A DNA stretch of 64,000 nt from Octopus sinensis. Lineage: Eukaryota. A program made the translations under genes and the position numbers. The DNA is taken from NCBI RefSeq assembly GCF_006345805.1, contig NC_043008.1, forward strand, positions 25,792,001 to 25,856,000, written 5' to 3'. Below, piece after piece: positions 1-14,589 of the stretch. The first letter of the stretch is position 1. Every line of letters begins with the position of its first letter. The notes under the pieces were generated by a model. That model was not told the DNA's origin, ran no database searches, and saw only the letters and a program-made list of their open reading frames with translations.

Positions 1-78
1 ACACATTTAAAGTGCCCAGTGGTCACTTCATGGATTAACAGTAGCACACATGTAACTTTATCACATGTAGCATGTCTA

Positions 79-672
79 AGGGTCAGCTGAAAGTTCCTTG
101 GCTGACCAACATATTCTCATGGAATGTGACCAAATGGGGTTTATTTTTCAAAATAGTTTCCCCTTGTGGTCCATACACTTCTTTCATTGGTATTGCAGTG
201 TTTGGACCTGAATAATGAAAAAGCTATCATCCTGTTGGTCAAAAAAGTCATCAGCAACAGATATGTTGTCATTATCACTGCAATATTGGTTCCCATCTAA
301 GTGTTTTATCATGTTGGGCAACAGATGATAGTCAGATGGGGCCAAATCAGGGGTGTAGGGAGGGTGATCAACCAGTTCAAATCCACAGCTACTCACATTG
401 AAACCAAGGACTTGTGAACTGGAGCATTGTTATGATGAAATAAAAACCCCTTTTATCAGTTTCTCTGGATGTTTGGTCTTGATAGCTTTTTGTAACTATC
501 TCAGCAAGTTTACATAGTACTCTCCATCGATGGTGTGGCCCTTTTGAAAATAGCTCTTTGTATTCCAAATTAACTGAGGCCACTACCTTCTCTGCAGATG
601 AAACGACCTTGGCCTTTTTTGGCATAGGTGAGGAAGAGTGTTTCCACTGCAAGGATTATCACTTTGTCTTTA
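79..672 (-). mobile_element. Mariner-type transposase remnant (C-terminal DD34D region and 3' end)
   Basis: ORF 184..396 has HPPYTPDLAPSDY (mariner YSPDLAPSD motif). ORF 389..652 has QWKHSSSPMPKKAKVVSSAEKVVASV. Frameshifted; TIR-like agggtcagctgaaagttcc near 79. Confidence 0.85.
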
Positions 673-674
673 AA

Positions 675-3600
675 TCATCATCATCATCATCGTAGTTTAA
701 CGTCCACTTTACATGCTAGCATGGATTGGATGATTTGACTGAGGACTGGTGAACCAGTTGGCTGCACCAGGCTCCAATCTGATCTGGCAGACTTTCTACA
801 AGTGGATGCCCTTCCTAACGCCAACCACTCTGTGAGTGTAGTGGGTGCTTTTACATGCCACCAGCATGAGTGCCAGTCAGGCGGTACTGGCAACGGCCAT
901 GCTCAAATGGTGTTTTTTACATGCCACCTGCACTAGCAATGACCTCGCTTGAATGTGTTTTTCATGTGCCAGTAAGGCAACGCTGGTAACGATCACACAT
1001 GAATGGTGCTTTTTATGTGCCACCGGCATGGAAGCCAATTAGCTGCTCTGGCAATGATCACGCTCGGATGGTGCACTTAGGGATCCACTAGCACGGATGA
1101 CAGTAATCGAATTTGATTTCGATTTCACTTGCCTCAAAAGGTCTTTACAAGCATAGTTTAGTATCCAAAGAAGGAAAGGTACGCATAATTGAGCTGGTTA
1201 CACCCCTGGCATAGACCATGAGGTAATGGTCTCATTTGGCTTGCTGGGTCTTCTCAAAGGCAGCATATTTCCAAAAGTCTCAGTCACTAGTCATTGCCTC
1301 AGTGAGGCCTAATGTTCGAATGTCGTGCTTCATGACCTCATCCCAGGTCTTCCAGAGGCTTCCTCATCCGTTAGGGTGTGGCACGTTTTCACACAGCTAT
1401 CCTCATTCATTCTTGCCACATGACCATACCAGCACAGTCGTCTCACTTGCACATCACATCTGACGCTTCTTAGGTCCAAATTCTCTCAAGATACTTACAC
1501 TCTGTCATGTATGCACACTGACATTACACGCCCATCGGAGAATACTGGCTTCATTCCTTGCAAGCTTACACATGTCCTCAGCAATCACGGCCCGTGTTCC
1601 ACTGCCATGTAGCATGGCTGTTCGTATACATGCGTCATACAGTCTACCTTTTACTCTGAGCGAGAAGCCCTTAGTCCCCAGCAGAGGTAAGAGCTCTCTG
1701 AACTTTGCCCAGGCTATTCATATTCTAGTAGCTACACTTTCAATGCACCCTCCTCCACTACTAACTTGGTCACCTAGGTGATGGAAGCTATCAACTACTT
1801 CTAGCTGTTCTCCCTGGGATGTGGCAAAAGTTGTTCTCTGCACATTTTCAGTCTTTATTGCTCCTGAGCATCTGCCACGTACAAAAACTATCTTCCCAGT
1901 TAGCCTTCCTTTGATATTGCTGCACCTCATATGTGTCCATAGCTTACACTGGGTACATCTTATGGAGTTTCTACACATGCCTTTTCTACAGATTGAGCAG
2001 GGCCACCTACCTGAAGGAATTTGTGGTTTGTCTACCTTCCTACTTATTAGGACTTTGGTTTTAGCTAGGTTGTCTCTAAGTCCCTTTGATTCTAATCCTT
2101 GTTTCCATACCTGGAACTTCTCCTCTAGTACTGATAGTGACTCAGCAATTAGAGCAACATCATCAGCATAGAGGAGCTCCCAAGGGCATCCTGTCCTGAA
2201 TTCCTCTGTTATTGCCTGGAGGACTATGATAAATAGGAGGGGGCTGAGGACTGAACCCTAATGGACCCCTACCTCTACCCTGAATTCTTCAGTGTACTCA
2301 TTGCCAACCCTTACCTTACTTACAGTGTCCCTGTACATGGCTTGCACAGCTCTCACTAACCATTCATCTAGTTTCCTCATTGACCACCAGATAAGGGATC
2401 GGGGAACCCTGTCAAAGGCTTTCTCCATGTCAACCAAAGCCAGGTACAGGGCCTTGTCTTTGGCTAGGTATTTCTGCTGCAGCTGTCTTACCAGAAATAT
2501 GGCATCAGTGGTACTTTTCCCTGGCACGAAACCAAACTGCATCTCATCCAAGTTGACTCTCTCCCTAATAAGTTGGGCTATGACCCTCTCCATAATCTTC
2601 ATTACCTGATCCAACAGTTTGATACCTCTGTAATTATTTGTATCTAGGGCGTCACCTTTACCTTTGTAGCAGTTAACTATTCTGCTGCTACACTAGTCAT
2701 TGGGTATGACTCTTTCATGTATCACCTGGTTAGCTATACGGGTGACCAGGCTATAGCTGACACTGCCAGATATTTTGAGCATCTCTGCAGTAATTCCTGA
2801 TGGGCTGGCGGCTTTCCCTGTCTTCATGCTTCTAATTGCCTTGACTACCAAGGAACTGTCAACACGGATAGCTGGCCCCTCTGTTGTGTCGACATTCGGC
2901 AGACTCTCCTTATCCCATCCATTTTCTTTATTCAGCAACCTTTCATAGTGGCGTCTCAAAATCTCTCTCTTTGCATCTTTATTTAGCACAAGTGAACCGT
3001 GATGCATGCAAACACATTTCTCTCCTACCACATCACGATTCTCTCTCACATACTGTCTTGCTACATGAAATACCTCAAGTCTTTTGTCCTCACAGCACAG
3101 AACATTGGCAAAGTTTTTCATATTTGCTTCCCCTCTGGCTAAATACACCTGCCTCCTAGCTTCCCTTCTGGCAGTCTGATACACTTCCCTGTTACCACTG
3201 TTCTTCCAGTCCTTCCAAGCCTGTTTCTTTTTTCTAATAACCCTGTCAACAATATTGTTCTACCACCACGTTATTTTGGGCTTTGAGGGGACTTTGCACC
3301 AACCACAGATCTGGTCAGTGGCTCTCAGCAAGTTGTCCTTTAGAAACCTCCAGTTGTCTTCTAGCCCATGTGAAGCTATATCCCCTTCTATTTCGTCAAA
3401 GGCTTCAAGTAATCTTTATATATATAAAACTGAGAATGTGTGTGTGTGTGTCTGTCTGTCTGTGTGTTTCCCTAAAACCTGAGAACTACACAACCAATTT
3501 CATTCAAATTTTACACATGCCCTTCTTAGGGCCCATGTAGTTTCATGGGCAAAACAAATGTTCAACTTCTTGCCTAGAGCGAGCCCATAGCAATATCGTA

Positions 3601-5330
3601 TCTTTTCCACTATTTCAGTATTACGTGTTAAAAGTGAAACAAAAACATTTCTCTATTTTATGTCCGATACTTTCACTTTAACAATAAAAATAATAATAAC
3701 AATTATATGTAGTAAGTAATGATTAAAATCAAACTAAAGTATAATATAATCGTAACATAACAAAAGTAAAAATAGCAATTGGTATAAAATTGCATCAATG
3801 TCTTGAACTTGAGTAAGTGGTTTCACATGAATGGGAATAAATTAAAAATAAAATTAATGTGCAGAAATGGAATAGTCCAAATGGATAATAAAAAATTAAA
3901 TTTAAGAAAAGACTTTTGTCTATAAAGTATACAATGTAGAGAAAAAAGAAGATTTGAACACATGGAGGAAAGCACCTTCGAAAAGTGTCTTGGTGCGACT
4001 ATGAAAGATATCTAATCAGAGGCGGTAAATTTGCCAAAATAGAAGCAAGGTTCGAGTCAACTCGAACTTGCAAAGTGGAAATATTTTATTTTTACCTTTA
4101 TATCTGGGACGTAGGACGCCCCGCAAAAAAATTTTAAATGCCTCCACCCCACCACCAAAGTAGAGGTAGGCTGGATTGTAGCCACACTTCTATACAAGAG
4201 GGAGGACAAGATACAATTGATCAAAATTACAAGAGACGGGCTAACAATTCCAGTCAGTTATATATTTTGAGTATTGTTATCACTAGCGATATCAAGATAT
4301 AACTTTGTATTTTGTATTTTATGTGTAGATATATATATATATATAGATGTACATGTAATATGTACACATATATACATGCACTAGCACTATGACTGAGCAA
4401 CGACGGGTCTTTAATGCTATTATCTCTCTAAATCTCTGTCCCTTCGCAGGATCTTTAAGCTTCCAGACCCTTTTACTCCATGTTGGTCGTCTTCTGGTCG
4501 TCCTCTTAGTCCTGATCCTAAAGTCACTAACTACCAGTCTATGTTGTGGGATACATTCTTCACCTGGGAAGGTTTTGGCATTTATATGCAGCCATCTTTC
4601 TCTTTTCCTGGCAAGGATGTAGTCAATTTAGCTGGTATGTCAGCCCGATCGGTAGGTGGCTAGGTGGCTGGTAGGTTTCCTGAAGTTAGTGTTGCAAACC
4701 ATGAGATCATTTGCATCACAGAACTCCAGCAGCCTAGTTCCCACCTGATTGCAGGAACCAAACCGTAGCCTCCATGTATGCCATAGAAGCCCCCTGTATG
4801 TTGTCCAACATGCCCATTGAAGTCACCAGCGAGACAGAGAAGGTCCCTGTCATTCATCAACGCAGTAGTCTGCAATAGGGTGTCATACAATCAGTCTTTC
4901 TGTTCATTGGGTAGCCACAGCTGTGGGGTATATGCTGAGATAATGGTTGCTAACCCATGATGAAGTACTAATCTAATCTTAAGTATTCTGTCGCATACTC
5001 TGACTACCTCAATTACCTTATCCACCCATTTCTCTGCAAGAAGTATACCCACGCCTCCGACCCCGTCAGTGTTCCCTGCCCAGAAAATCTTGTACCTGTG
5101 TTCTTTGCCTGTGAGGAACCTAGTGGAACCTCCTCTCCACCTTACTTCTTGGATGCAGCACATATCAACACATCTCCATTCAAGCATCTCAACAATTTCA
5201 CCAGACCTACCTTTCAGTGTGCCAACCCTGAGGGTGTGGGAGGTATGGGCCTGTGAGACCCTGGGACGGGGAACAGCAGCGTTATGTACCTGAAAAGAGA
5301 GCTCGCATGTGGCAGAATTCATAAACAAAC
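675..5330 (-). mobile_element. RTE-clade LINE, near full-length ORF, pseudogenised (APE endonuclease + RT), (GAT)n 3' tail
   Basis: APE motifs CCIQEVRW, GVGILL, ISAYTPQ, AGDFNGHVG (4660-5328). RT motifs QFGFVPGKSTTDAIF, DMEKAFD, GVH, LLYADD (2150-2614). (ATC)n tail at 675-691. Split by the insertion at 3413-4420. Confidence 0.93.
3413..4420 (+). mobile_element. Non-autonomous Helitron inserted in the LINE
   Basis: Starts TC(TA)nAAAACTGAG and ends with a GC-rich subterminal motif (gactgagcaacgacgggtc) then CTAT (CTRR-like). Inserted between A3412 and T4421 with no TSD; removal restores the LINE frame GQRFREILLEAFDE. Confidence 0.8.
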
Positions 5331-7415
5331 AATAGCCTACAGTTCAACCTGCATACACTACACTATCATATTTTTGCACTATACTGGCTTTTTGATTTAT
5401 AGTTAATTGCTTGCCATCCATTACCATGTAGTAAACATAATATTTTCTTTGGTGGTTGGAGTTGCAGGATATCCAGACATTGAGTCAGCTTTAAAACTTT
5501 CCCTTAAATTCAGCACCTAATTTTGCATTGCTGATAAAACTGGATTGTCATCCTTTAATGTAGTAACTGTCAGCATGAGTGTCCTTGGGGGCTAAACCTA
5601 TTTTTGCTGAGTTACTTGATAACCCCACAATGCCAAATTTTGTCCATTTTCAAGAAATGTCACTACTCATTACTTTTGAAGTCTTCTTTCAACAGTCAGA
5701 TGTTAGTTTAACTGGAAAGAAACAATGCAGTTATTAATAAGAAGGCTTGAAATTAATGCATGCAAAATTTCTCAACTCTGGCGCCACTCCTTCAATGCCA
5801 GCCTAAAAACTTTTCCGTCCATGCTCATATTATCAAATGTTAATTTCCATCAAATTTTGGCATAATACTTTTTTGTATACAGTTTAGAAATATTGTTCAT
5901 CTTAAAAGAAGTGAGCTTCAACAGTAACTTAAGATCAGATACTGCATCCACATTGCTGGGTTATACAGATAAGGAAAAGAAGAAATGCTTCATTTTTCAA
6001 TAAATATTTGATATACTAACATTCAGTTCATCACTTTCAGTCTATTTGGGAAAGTCATTTGAATTGCTGTTCTGAATGTAGATTACCTACACATAGCTAT
6101 TTTTATTAGAAATGGACTGATATTAAAACTACACACACACAAGCAGCTTGAATAGTTACATTTAGATTATGTTCTATGCTATATTACCAGTTACTTGTAG
6201 TAATTCCAATAGAATTGAGTTTAGTGCATCAGTAACTACCAATCCATTGGTCATATAACTGACTGAACAATGTGGTTTGATTCCTAAATTAATGGACAAT
6301 ATGGTTATAGAGCTGATTGAAACATAATGACTTATCTTAGTTTGGAGAAATATTTGCAGTGTATAAGCATTTAATTAACTATATGTCATAAATACACTTT
6401 AGCAAAGCTGATCAGTTTTATCCAACAAGTGAAACATATACAAGAAAGCATAAATAGAATATTTATAGAAACCACCAATATGAAAGAAACTGTCTTTTCA
6501 GTATATTCAAGATGGTATTATGGCAGTCCAACTGGCCCCTTCAAAAATTTTGGGCCTTGTGCCTAGAGTAGAAAAGATTATGTCAGTCACCTACTGCTAC
6601 ATCTCCAGTTTTTTCATCATCAAGATCGTCATAATCAATTTGATATCTGCTATTTCATTCTTATATCATTTGGATGTGACCATTCTATCTCTAAACTACA
6701 TGAAAGGAAAATCAAAATATTTTGAAGAAATAAGAATATTTGGATTTTGTCGTTAAAATAAAGTCTTACAAGGTACGAGGCTGTTACAGCTGCCAAATCT
6801 TTCTATAATTTTCTCTTACACATTCTCATCATCTACTTGCGAAACTTGATATGGTTGGCTTTGGTTGCCTTTATAACAATATACTGCATAATATACTATA
6901 TTTATATTGACATTGTCCTATACTTTAGCCAGAGTTTGTCTGGTTGATTACAGGTTCTGTTCTTGCATGATTCACTTAGAGAAACAATTGCTTCAAGCAA
7001 CATGCAAATATTCAGATTGAAAGAAAACAACTAACTCATGCAATAGTGGATAAAGAGAAGTAAAAAATATAAAACAGGTTAAAGAAATAACAACTAAATT
7101 GTATACATCTCTTGAGTTTGAGAACAATCTGTCAAAATATGGCATGCCATTTTTAAAACAGTTTATTGAATAAATAATTCAGAAACAGTGGTAAAAGATA
7201 AAGGTTATATCCTCACTCCAGGATAAACATATACATACATACATAAGTACATGCATGCATATGTACATACATGCATACATACACACACACACACATATAT
7301 ATATATATACATACAAACATACAAACATATGTACACACTCACACACACACATATATATATATACATACATACCTACAAGCATACATGCACACATGTATCA
7401 TATATATATATATAT

Positions 7416-8166
<751 letters not shown>

Positions 8167-9113
8167 ACACATATACATACAGAAAGAAATAATAATGATA
8201 TGCAGAAAACAGGTTTTGTATTCAATGCTTTATGGAACATACACATATACTATCTAAATGCTGTGAAATTACATAACAGCAATATGCATATTATGCAATC
8301 TAGCACTTCACCTCATCAGTGATCTGAAATAAATACAATAACAAATGTTGAAAACTCAAGACATACATTTTTCCCATTATGTAAATTATCAATATGTTTG
8401 CATGTCACACAAGACAGCAGGGATCAAGAAAATCCTAAAATGGATGTACATGGCCATGCCTCACTAAAACATAAATGTGGCCAGGTAAAGAAATCAGTAA
8501 GAATAGCAATAAAAATACTGACCGTGTTGTAAGTAGAAGACCACTATACTTGGATTATAAATCAGCCTATGACTGGCTGTGAGGTTAAGGGTTAGAGGAG
8601 AAGCAAACTTCTTTTTAGACTGAGACACAAGTACACATGCACATACATTTATATATTTATACATAAACATACAAATACCCATACGTATGCACATACAATT
8701 CTTTTATCTTTTATTCTTTCCTTTGTATCAGTCATTTGACAGTGGCCATGCTGGAGCAACACTTTTAATTGTTTATTATTTACTTGCTTCATCACTGGAC
8801 TGCAGTGGTGCCAGAACACCACTTTGAAGGATTTTAATTGAATTAATAAAACTTGATACTTATTTTTTTTTAATTGGTACTTACTATGTTGTTCCCTTTG
8901 GCAAAACTGCTAAGTTATGGGGATGAAAACACACCAATATCAGTGGTAAAGTGATCGATGGGGACAAATAGAAATAGAAACAAAAAACGACTCACACATA
9001 GATATATACATATTTACCAAATCCACTCACAAGAATTTAGCTGGCACAGGGCTTAGTAGAAGACGTATACCAAGATAGCCAGACAGTGGCCTGAATGTGG
9101 AACTACATGCATA

Positions 9114-9156
<43 letters not shown>

Positions 9157-9157
9157 T

Positions 9158-10047
9158 GAGGAAAATAAATAAAAGTAGAAAATGATAAAATAATTTTATC
9201 ATGGAAAACATTTTAGTACTGTTTTCAGTCATTGAGACTTTTTCAACTGTAAGTATGGAAAACAATAAAATTGTAGAAAAATTAAATGAAAAGCTTTTTA
9301 AAAGAATATTTGCATAGTATTCAAATACAAGGGGCATTTTCCTTGTTTCTGCCTGTCTCTGTCAGTCTTATTTTACTCTTGTGGGTTCAAGGTAGTTATG
9401 AATTCATAACTACCTCGAACCGTCAAGATTGAAAAAAAGAGAGACAGAGACAGGCAGAAACAAGTAAAATGCCCCTTGTATTTGAATACTTTTTATTTTA
9501 TTTTATTTGTTTCAGTCTTTTGACTGTGGCCATGCTGGAGCACCACCTTTTGTCAAGCAAATGGACCCCAGAACTTATTCTTTGTAAGCCTAGTACTTAT
9601 TCTATTGGTCTCTCTTGCCAGACCACTAAGTGACAGGGATGTAAATACAAGTGATGTTGGGGGGACAAATGGAGACACACAAACATATACATATATATAT
9701 ATATATATGATGGGCTTCTTTCAGTTTCTGTCTACCAAATCCAGTCACAAGGCTTTGGTCAGCTTGAGGCTATAGTAGAAGACACATGCCCAAGGTGCCA
9801 CACAATGGGACTGAACCTGGAACCATATGGTTGGTAAGCAAGCTACTCACCACACAGCCTATGGAAATATTGTTTTTAAAAACTTTTCATTTAATTTTTC
9901 CCCAATTTAATTGTTTTCCATACTTAGAGTTGAAAAGTCTCAATGACTGAAACCAGTACTGAAATATTTTTCATGATAAAATTATTTTTGCACTTTCTAC
10001 CTTGACTGATTTTCCTTAAACTTGTGTGTTCTTTTTCAACCTTCTAC
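9158..10047. repeat. Fold-back element centred on GAATTC 9400-9405, right arm split by a SINE
   Basis: 9158-9402 is the imperfect reverse complement of 9403-9490 plus 9861-10017. Flanked by (TA)n. Confidence 0.85.
9491..9860 (-). mobile_element. tRNA-derived SINE (octopus OK/OR-like), slightly 5'-truncated
   Basis: Reverse complement of the SINE at 17214-17622. Confidence 0.88.
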
Positions 10048-10060
10048 ATACATATATATC

Positions 10061-10368
10061 ATCATCATCATCATCGTTTAACGTCCGCTTTCCATGCTAG
10101 CATGGGTTGGACAGTTCGACTGGGGTCTGGGAAGCCAGGAGGCTGCACCAGGCCCAGTCTGATCTGGCAGTATTTCTAGAGCTGGATGCCCTTCCTAACG
10201 CCAACCACTCTGTGAGTGTAGTGGGTGCTTTTTTGTGCCACCGGCACGGAAGCCTGCCAGGTCGGTGCTGGCAACGGCCACGTTTGGATGGTTCTTTTAC
10301 GTGCCACCGGCACTGGTATCACAACTACAATTTCCATTGATTTTTGAGTGATTTCGATTTCGATTTCA
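10061..10368 (-). mobile_element. RTE LINE 3' end fragment
   Basis: (ATC)n tail plus the same 3' UTR as 675-1130. Confidence 0.85.
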
Positions 10369-10429
10369 CTTTACATGTATACACACACACACACACACAC
10401 ATGTATGTCTATATATGTATGTGTGTATA

Positions 10430-10936
10430 TTTGGAACAGCAGACAGACTAGTTGCCACAGCAATCAAAAGGAAACTTAGCAGAAGAAAAAGAGAGATGCT
10501 CCATCTGAGGGGTAGATCAAGACCCTTAATAAGCAGTATAAGAGGGCCTCTGCTGATGAAAGACAAGACATCAGGGATTTGACAAGTCAACTCCATAAAT
10601 GTCTGAGGAGACTTAGAAGGGAAGAAAGCATCTGGAAACAGAGGAAAGAGAGGGAGACTAAACAAGCACGATTTGTCAAGAACCCTTTTAGGTTCACCTG
10701 AATGCTGTTGGGGGAAACCGAATCAGGAAAATTGACCAGCTCCAAAGAAGAGGTAGAAGCGTTTCTGATGGAAACTCACAGCAATAACCTCAGAAATGAA
10801 GCCCTTGGTTTTAACACAAATGTTGGTAGAGCTGAAATATCAGTAAATAAGTTCAGCCTCAGCTGTTCATCCTGGAAAAAAGTGGAAGAAGTGGTGAAAA
10901 AGGCCAGATCAGAATCAGCTTTTCGCCCAAGTGGTA
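10430..10936 (+). mobile_element. HERO-like non-LTR retrotransposon fragment (region just upstream of RT)
   Basis: Translates RFVKNPFRFT*MLLGETESGKLTSSKEEVEAFL...WKKVEEVVKKARSESAFRPSG, resembling the F..NPF.F...LLG...G.L...EEV...ARS.SAPGPSG pattern I recall for HERO-clade elements. Confidence 0.6.
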
Positions 10937-11269
10937 TCTATATATATAAAACTAAGAATGTATGTGTGTGTCTGTCTGAATGTATGCATCACTAAAACTC
11001 GAGAACTACCCAATGGATTTCATTCAAATTTTACACATGCCTTACTTAGAGTCCATGAGTGTCATGGGCTCAAACAATTTTTAACTTCTTGCCTGGAGCA
11101 ATCTCATATCTCTTGCACTGTTTCCGTATTACGTGTCAAAAGTTAAACAATAACATCTCTATTAATACATACTCTATTATATGGTTTCAATTTCAATTAT
11201 TTTCATTGTGTATATATATTAGTTTCATTCCTGTTACTTTCATTATGTATTTATATACGTTTGTATATG

Positions 11270-11270
<1 letters not shown>
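10937..11270 (+). mobile_element. Helitron 5' fragment (same family as 3413-4420)
   Basis: A|TCTATATATATAAAACTAAGAATG... and shared body ttcattcaaattttacacatgccc. Confidence 0.75.
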
Positions 11271-11303
<33 letters not shown>

Positions 11304-11324
11304 TGTGGCCATTGCTAGTACAGC

Positions 11325-11512
11325 CTGACTGGCCCACGTGCCTGTGGCACGTAAAAGCACCCACTACACTCTTGGAGTGGTTGGTGTTAGGAAGGGCATC
11401 CAGCTGTAGAAACTCTGCCAGATCAGATTAGAGCCTGGTGCAGCCATCTGGTTCGGTAGTCTTCAGTCAAATCGTCCAACCCATGCAAGTATGGAAAGCA
11501 GACGTTAAACAA
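11325..11512 (+). mobile_element. RTE LINE 3' end fragment
   Basis: Matches 25250-25430 (aaaagcacccactacactc...ggaagggcatccagctgtagaaactctgcc). Confidence 0.85.
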
Positions 11513-11534
11513 TGAATATATATATATGTATGCA

Positions 11535-11604
<70 letters not shown>

Positions 11605-12218
11605 AAATTTAGAGAACTGACAACTAAAGTGGACAGCCTATATGCTAAACATAGACGTCAAATTGCCATTACCACGAAGAATGTGTTCTCAAGAAAAATC
11701 TCAGCAAAAATGAAATATGGTATTTATTGGATACTATATAACTACAGATTGATAATTTGGTTGTATAAGTATTTAGTTGTTGAAGATATGTATTTCATTA
11801 TTAGATTATAACTATACGGTTTTTTAAGTTATTAATTAGCCAACAAGATATATTGATCGTTAAATAGTGATAGGGTTATTTTAAGATAGGTTATACGTAA
11901 TTTGCTTTTTCATCTTTAATTTTGTAATTTTTTAATATAATTCGTAAGTAATAATGGAATAGATATTGACTATAACTGAGATTAGGTTATTCGTGAGTTT
12001 ATTAAGTTTTTTAAAGCAATATTATATCTGAATAGATAAAAAACACATTTTCTATCTATTTTTACTTTAAAAATTAATATTTAACATTATAATTGGATTG
12101 TTTGACATAATCCTAATTGTTAAAGTTTATAGTTTTTATAAGAAAAATTATTATTTAATTTTTACCTTTAAAAAAATATTGTTTAAATATATTTGCTTAT
12201 TTATTTAACTATTATCAT

Positions 12219-12316
12219 TAACCTGAAGATTGATTATAACTATAATTCGAATTTTTAACTGAATTCAAATTATTGTAATTCGAATTAGGTTATGGCCATG
12301 AAACATACGTATTGGT
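12219..12316 (+). ncRNA. Degenerate minimal hammerhead ribozyme motif
   Basis: CTGAAGA 12223-12229; stem II tgattataac/gttatggcca; GAAA 12300-12303 then C-atac-G-TA. Stem I is poor. Confidence 0.55.
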
Positions 12317-14199
12317 TTTACTTATTATATTATACTACACTTTTTAATACTTTTTGATAGTTATATATACTTTTTAAAAGATTATTGAAATTGTTAAATT
12401 TTTAAGTTAAAAAATTTATTAATTTAAATTTTAAAAATATTTAAAAAATAAAAAATATATAAATTTATAAATATAAATCAAAAATTGTAAATTTAAATAA
12501 TTTAAATTTTAAGTTTTATATATTTTGTATATTATATTAATTGTTTTTATTTTTATGTTTTGGTTTATGTTTATCACTGTTTGATTTGCCTCTAATTTAA
12601 TATATATATATATATATACATACATATATACACACCCGTATACATATATATATATACACACATATATATGTGTGTAGGTGTATATTGTGCATATATATAA
12701 TGTCATATATTTAGTGTTGATAAACTTTTTGAGTATTCTACAATTAACTTTCTTGCAATTTTTGTTTGACTTTCAGAACTCAGCTCTCCTGTAGTTCATT
12801 CAAAATTCTTTCAACTACTACAGAATGTATATAATACAAATTAGAAATGGCTGGAAGGAACAGATTTCATTTGGATCTTAGAATCCATCATTTCCATAGC
12901 CATTCTGAGAAACAATTAATCTCCAGATCTACTACTCTTAACAGAATTCCTGATAAAATCAATAACAACAGTTTTGTGATTTCTGTTTTTTCTTTCCTCC
13001 AACTCATCGTTATGTCTTGGTACAAATATTTCCATGTTTAAACTTACAGTAAATTGCTAGAAGCCCTATTATTCACTAAATACCATTGTTGCTGGATATT
13101 TCTTTCTCCTTTTTTTCTGTTTTCTACTACCAGCCAGGAGTTAGACATTAATTCACAATTTCTTCATGTACAAAAGAAATCATACAATGAATTAGATATT
13201 CTTCATAATACCTAAACTACTTAGAGGCTTTCATCTCTAGATATATTTACTTTACATGGATTATTGTGTTTCTGTTGTCATTCATGGGCATGATGTTGTT
13301 ATTATGGTAAGAAATATTGCATTATACATCAGAGTGTGCATCAGAAAAGTAATTTCTATGCATACTATCACTCATATTTTGAATTATACATATATACATA
13401 TTTATTAAGTGTATATGCTAGCAATATGCATCTAACTACCTATGTTACTCATTTCATATCTTTGTCCCAGAATTTAAAAAAAGGAAAATATAAAAGATAA
13501 CTCAAATTAACAATACTTGTTAACTGCAATATATTGCATTGCTATTGTTAAATTGTTAGGTGCAATATATTTGTTAAATATAGAGGAAGAAACAATATAA
13601 GTTTAATAAGTATGTTGTTACATAGTAAGGAGATGTGTGCAGTTCTTCTGTAAAATCTTCTGAAAAGAATGAGATAAATATGATGTTTCCCATGAAAGGT
13701 TAGCTTATATATTAATGTCATCAACAGGTTGTATGTTTGAGTGATTGGAATGTTATAGAATGTTGCTATAATATGAAGTCACATGGGAAGAAGTGGCGAA
13801 GTTAGGCTTCACTGGGCTGTCTTTCATAGATGATTGAACACTAGCTCAGGTGTGTGTTACACGTGTTCAACTTATGCCCACATAAAAACATATGCATACT
13901 GGTGTTGATTGTTGCCATTGTTGATTCATCATTGTTGTTGGTTATTTCTTGTTTCCAAGAATTTCATTTTCTTTGTAATTGAGAGGTTACGTCACAATGC
14001 TGGTGTTATGACTAAAACAGTTGATCTGTGTGCAGATAGCAAAGAGGAGTTAGTTGGGATCCTAATTGTTGTTGCATCTTGATTTCTTCCTTCCTTCGCC
14101 TTTTTCTTTCGACTTTAAAAGCATCCGTTCCTGAAGTGATGGTGACATGTGCTTCAGTTTCTCATGTTTTTCTCTCAGTTTCAGTAACTCTGAAGGTTG

Positions 14200-14560
14200 A
14201 CTTTAGCTCTGCAATGGAAGCTGATTAGTTGATGAAACCGGAATCTGACTTGTAAATAGTTCAAACTGGTATTTGATGTCCTCACTTGGATTGTCTTAAA
14301 GAAGTTGAACAAGTATCATGGATAAGTATAAGAATGCAAATCTCTTCATTCTACCTTTAATCAGAGACTGTTCAGAAAGTTTCTTTTGATGGAAAATACT
14401 ACCTGGCATACAGTCATACAGTACTTGAGTCAGAAAGGGGAAGGGATTCAGGTAGCCATAAATATTGAAGTGCTGCCCACATAAGATCTCTTGATATAAA
14501 GTCAAAAGCATTTTCCAGGTTGTGGAAGACAAAGAAGAATGGTTTATGCTGATTTCTGCT
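14200..14560 (-). mobile_element. Old LINE RT fragment
   Basis: Minus-strand translation KPFFFVFHNLENAFDFISRDLMWAALQ resembles the RT DLEKAFD...LW motif. Confidence 0.6.
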
Positions 14561-14589
14561 TTTGCATTAGTTTTGAATAGAAAATTATG

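Noticed and set aside
11700-12540. Very AT-rich block resembling a mitochondrial insertion (also 19485-20620)
   Set aside because: I recognised no mitochondrial gene, rRNA or tRNA motif; hammerhead motifs point to repeat origin. BLAST against mitogenomes would settle it.
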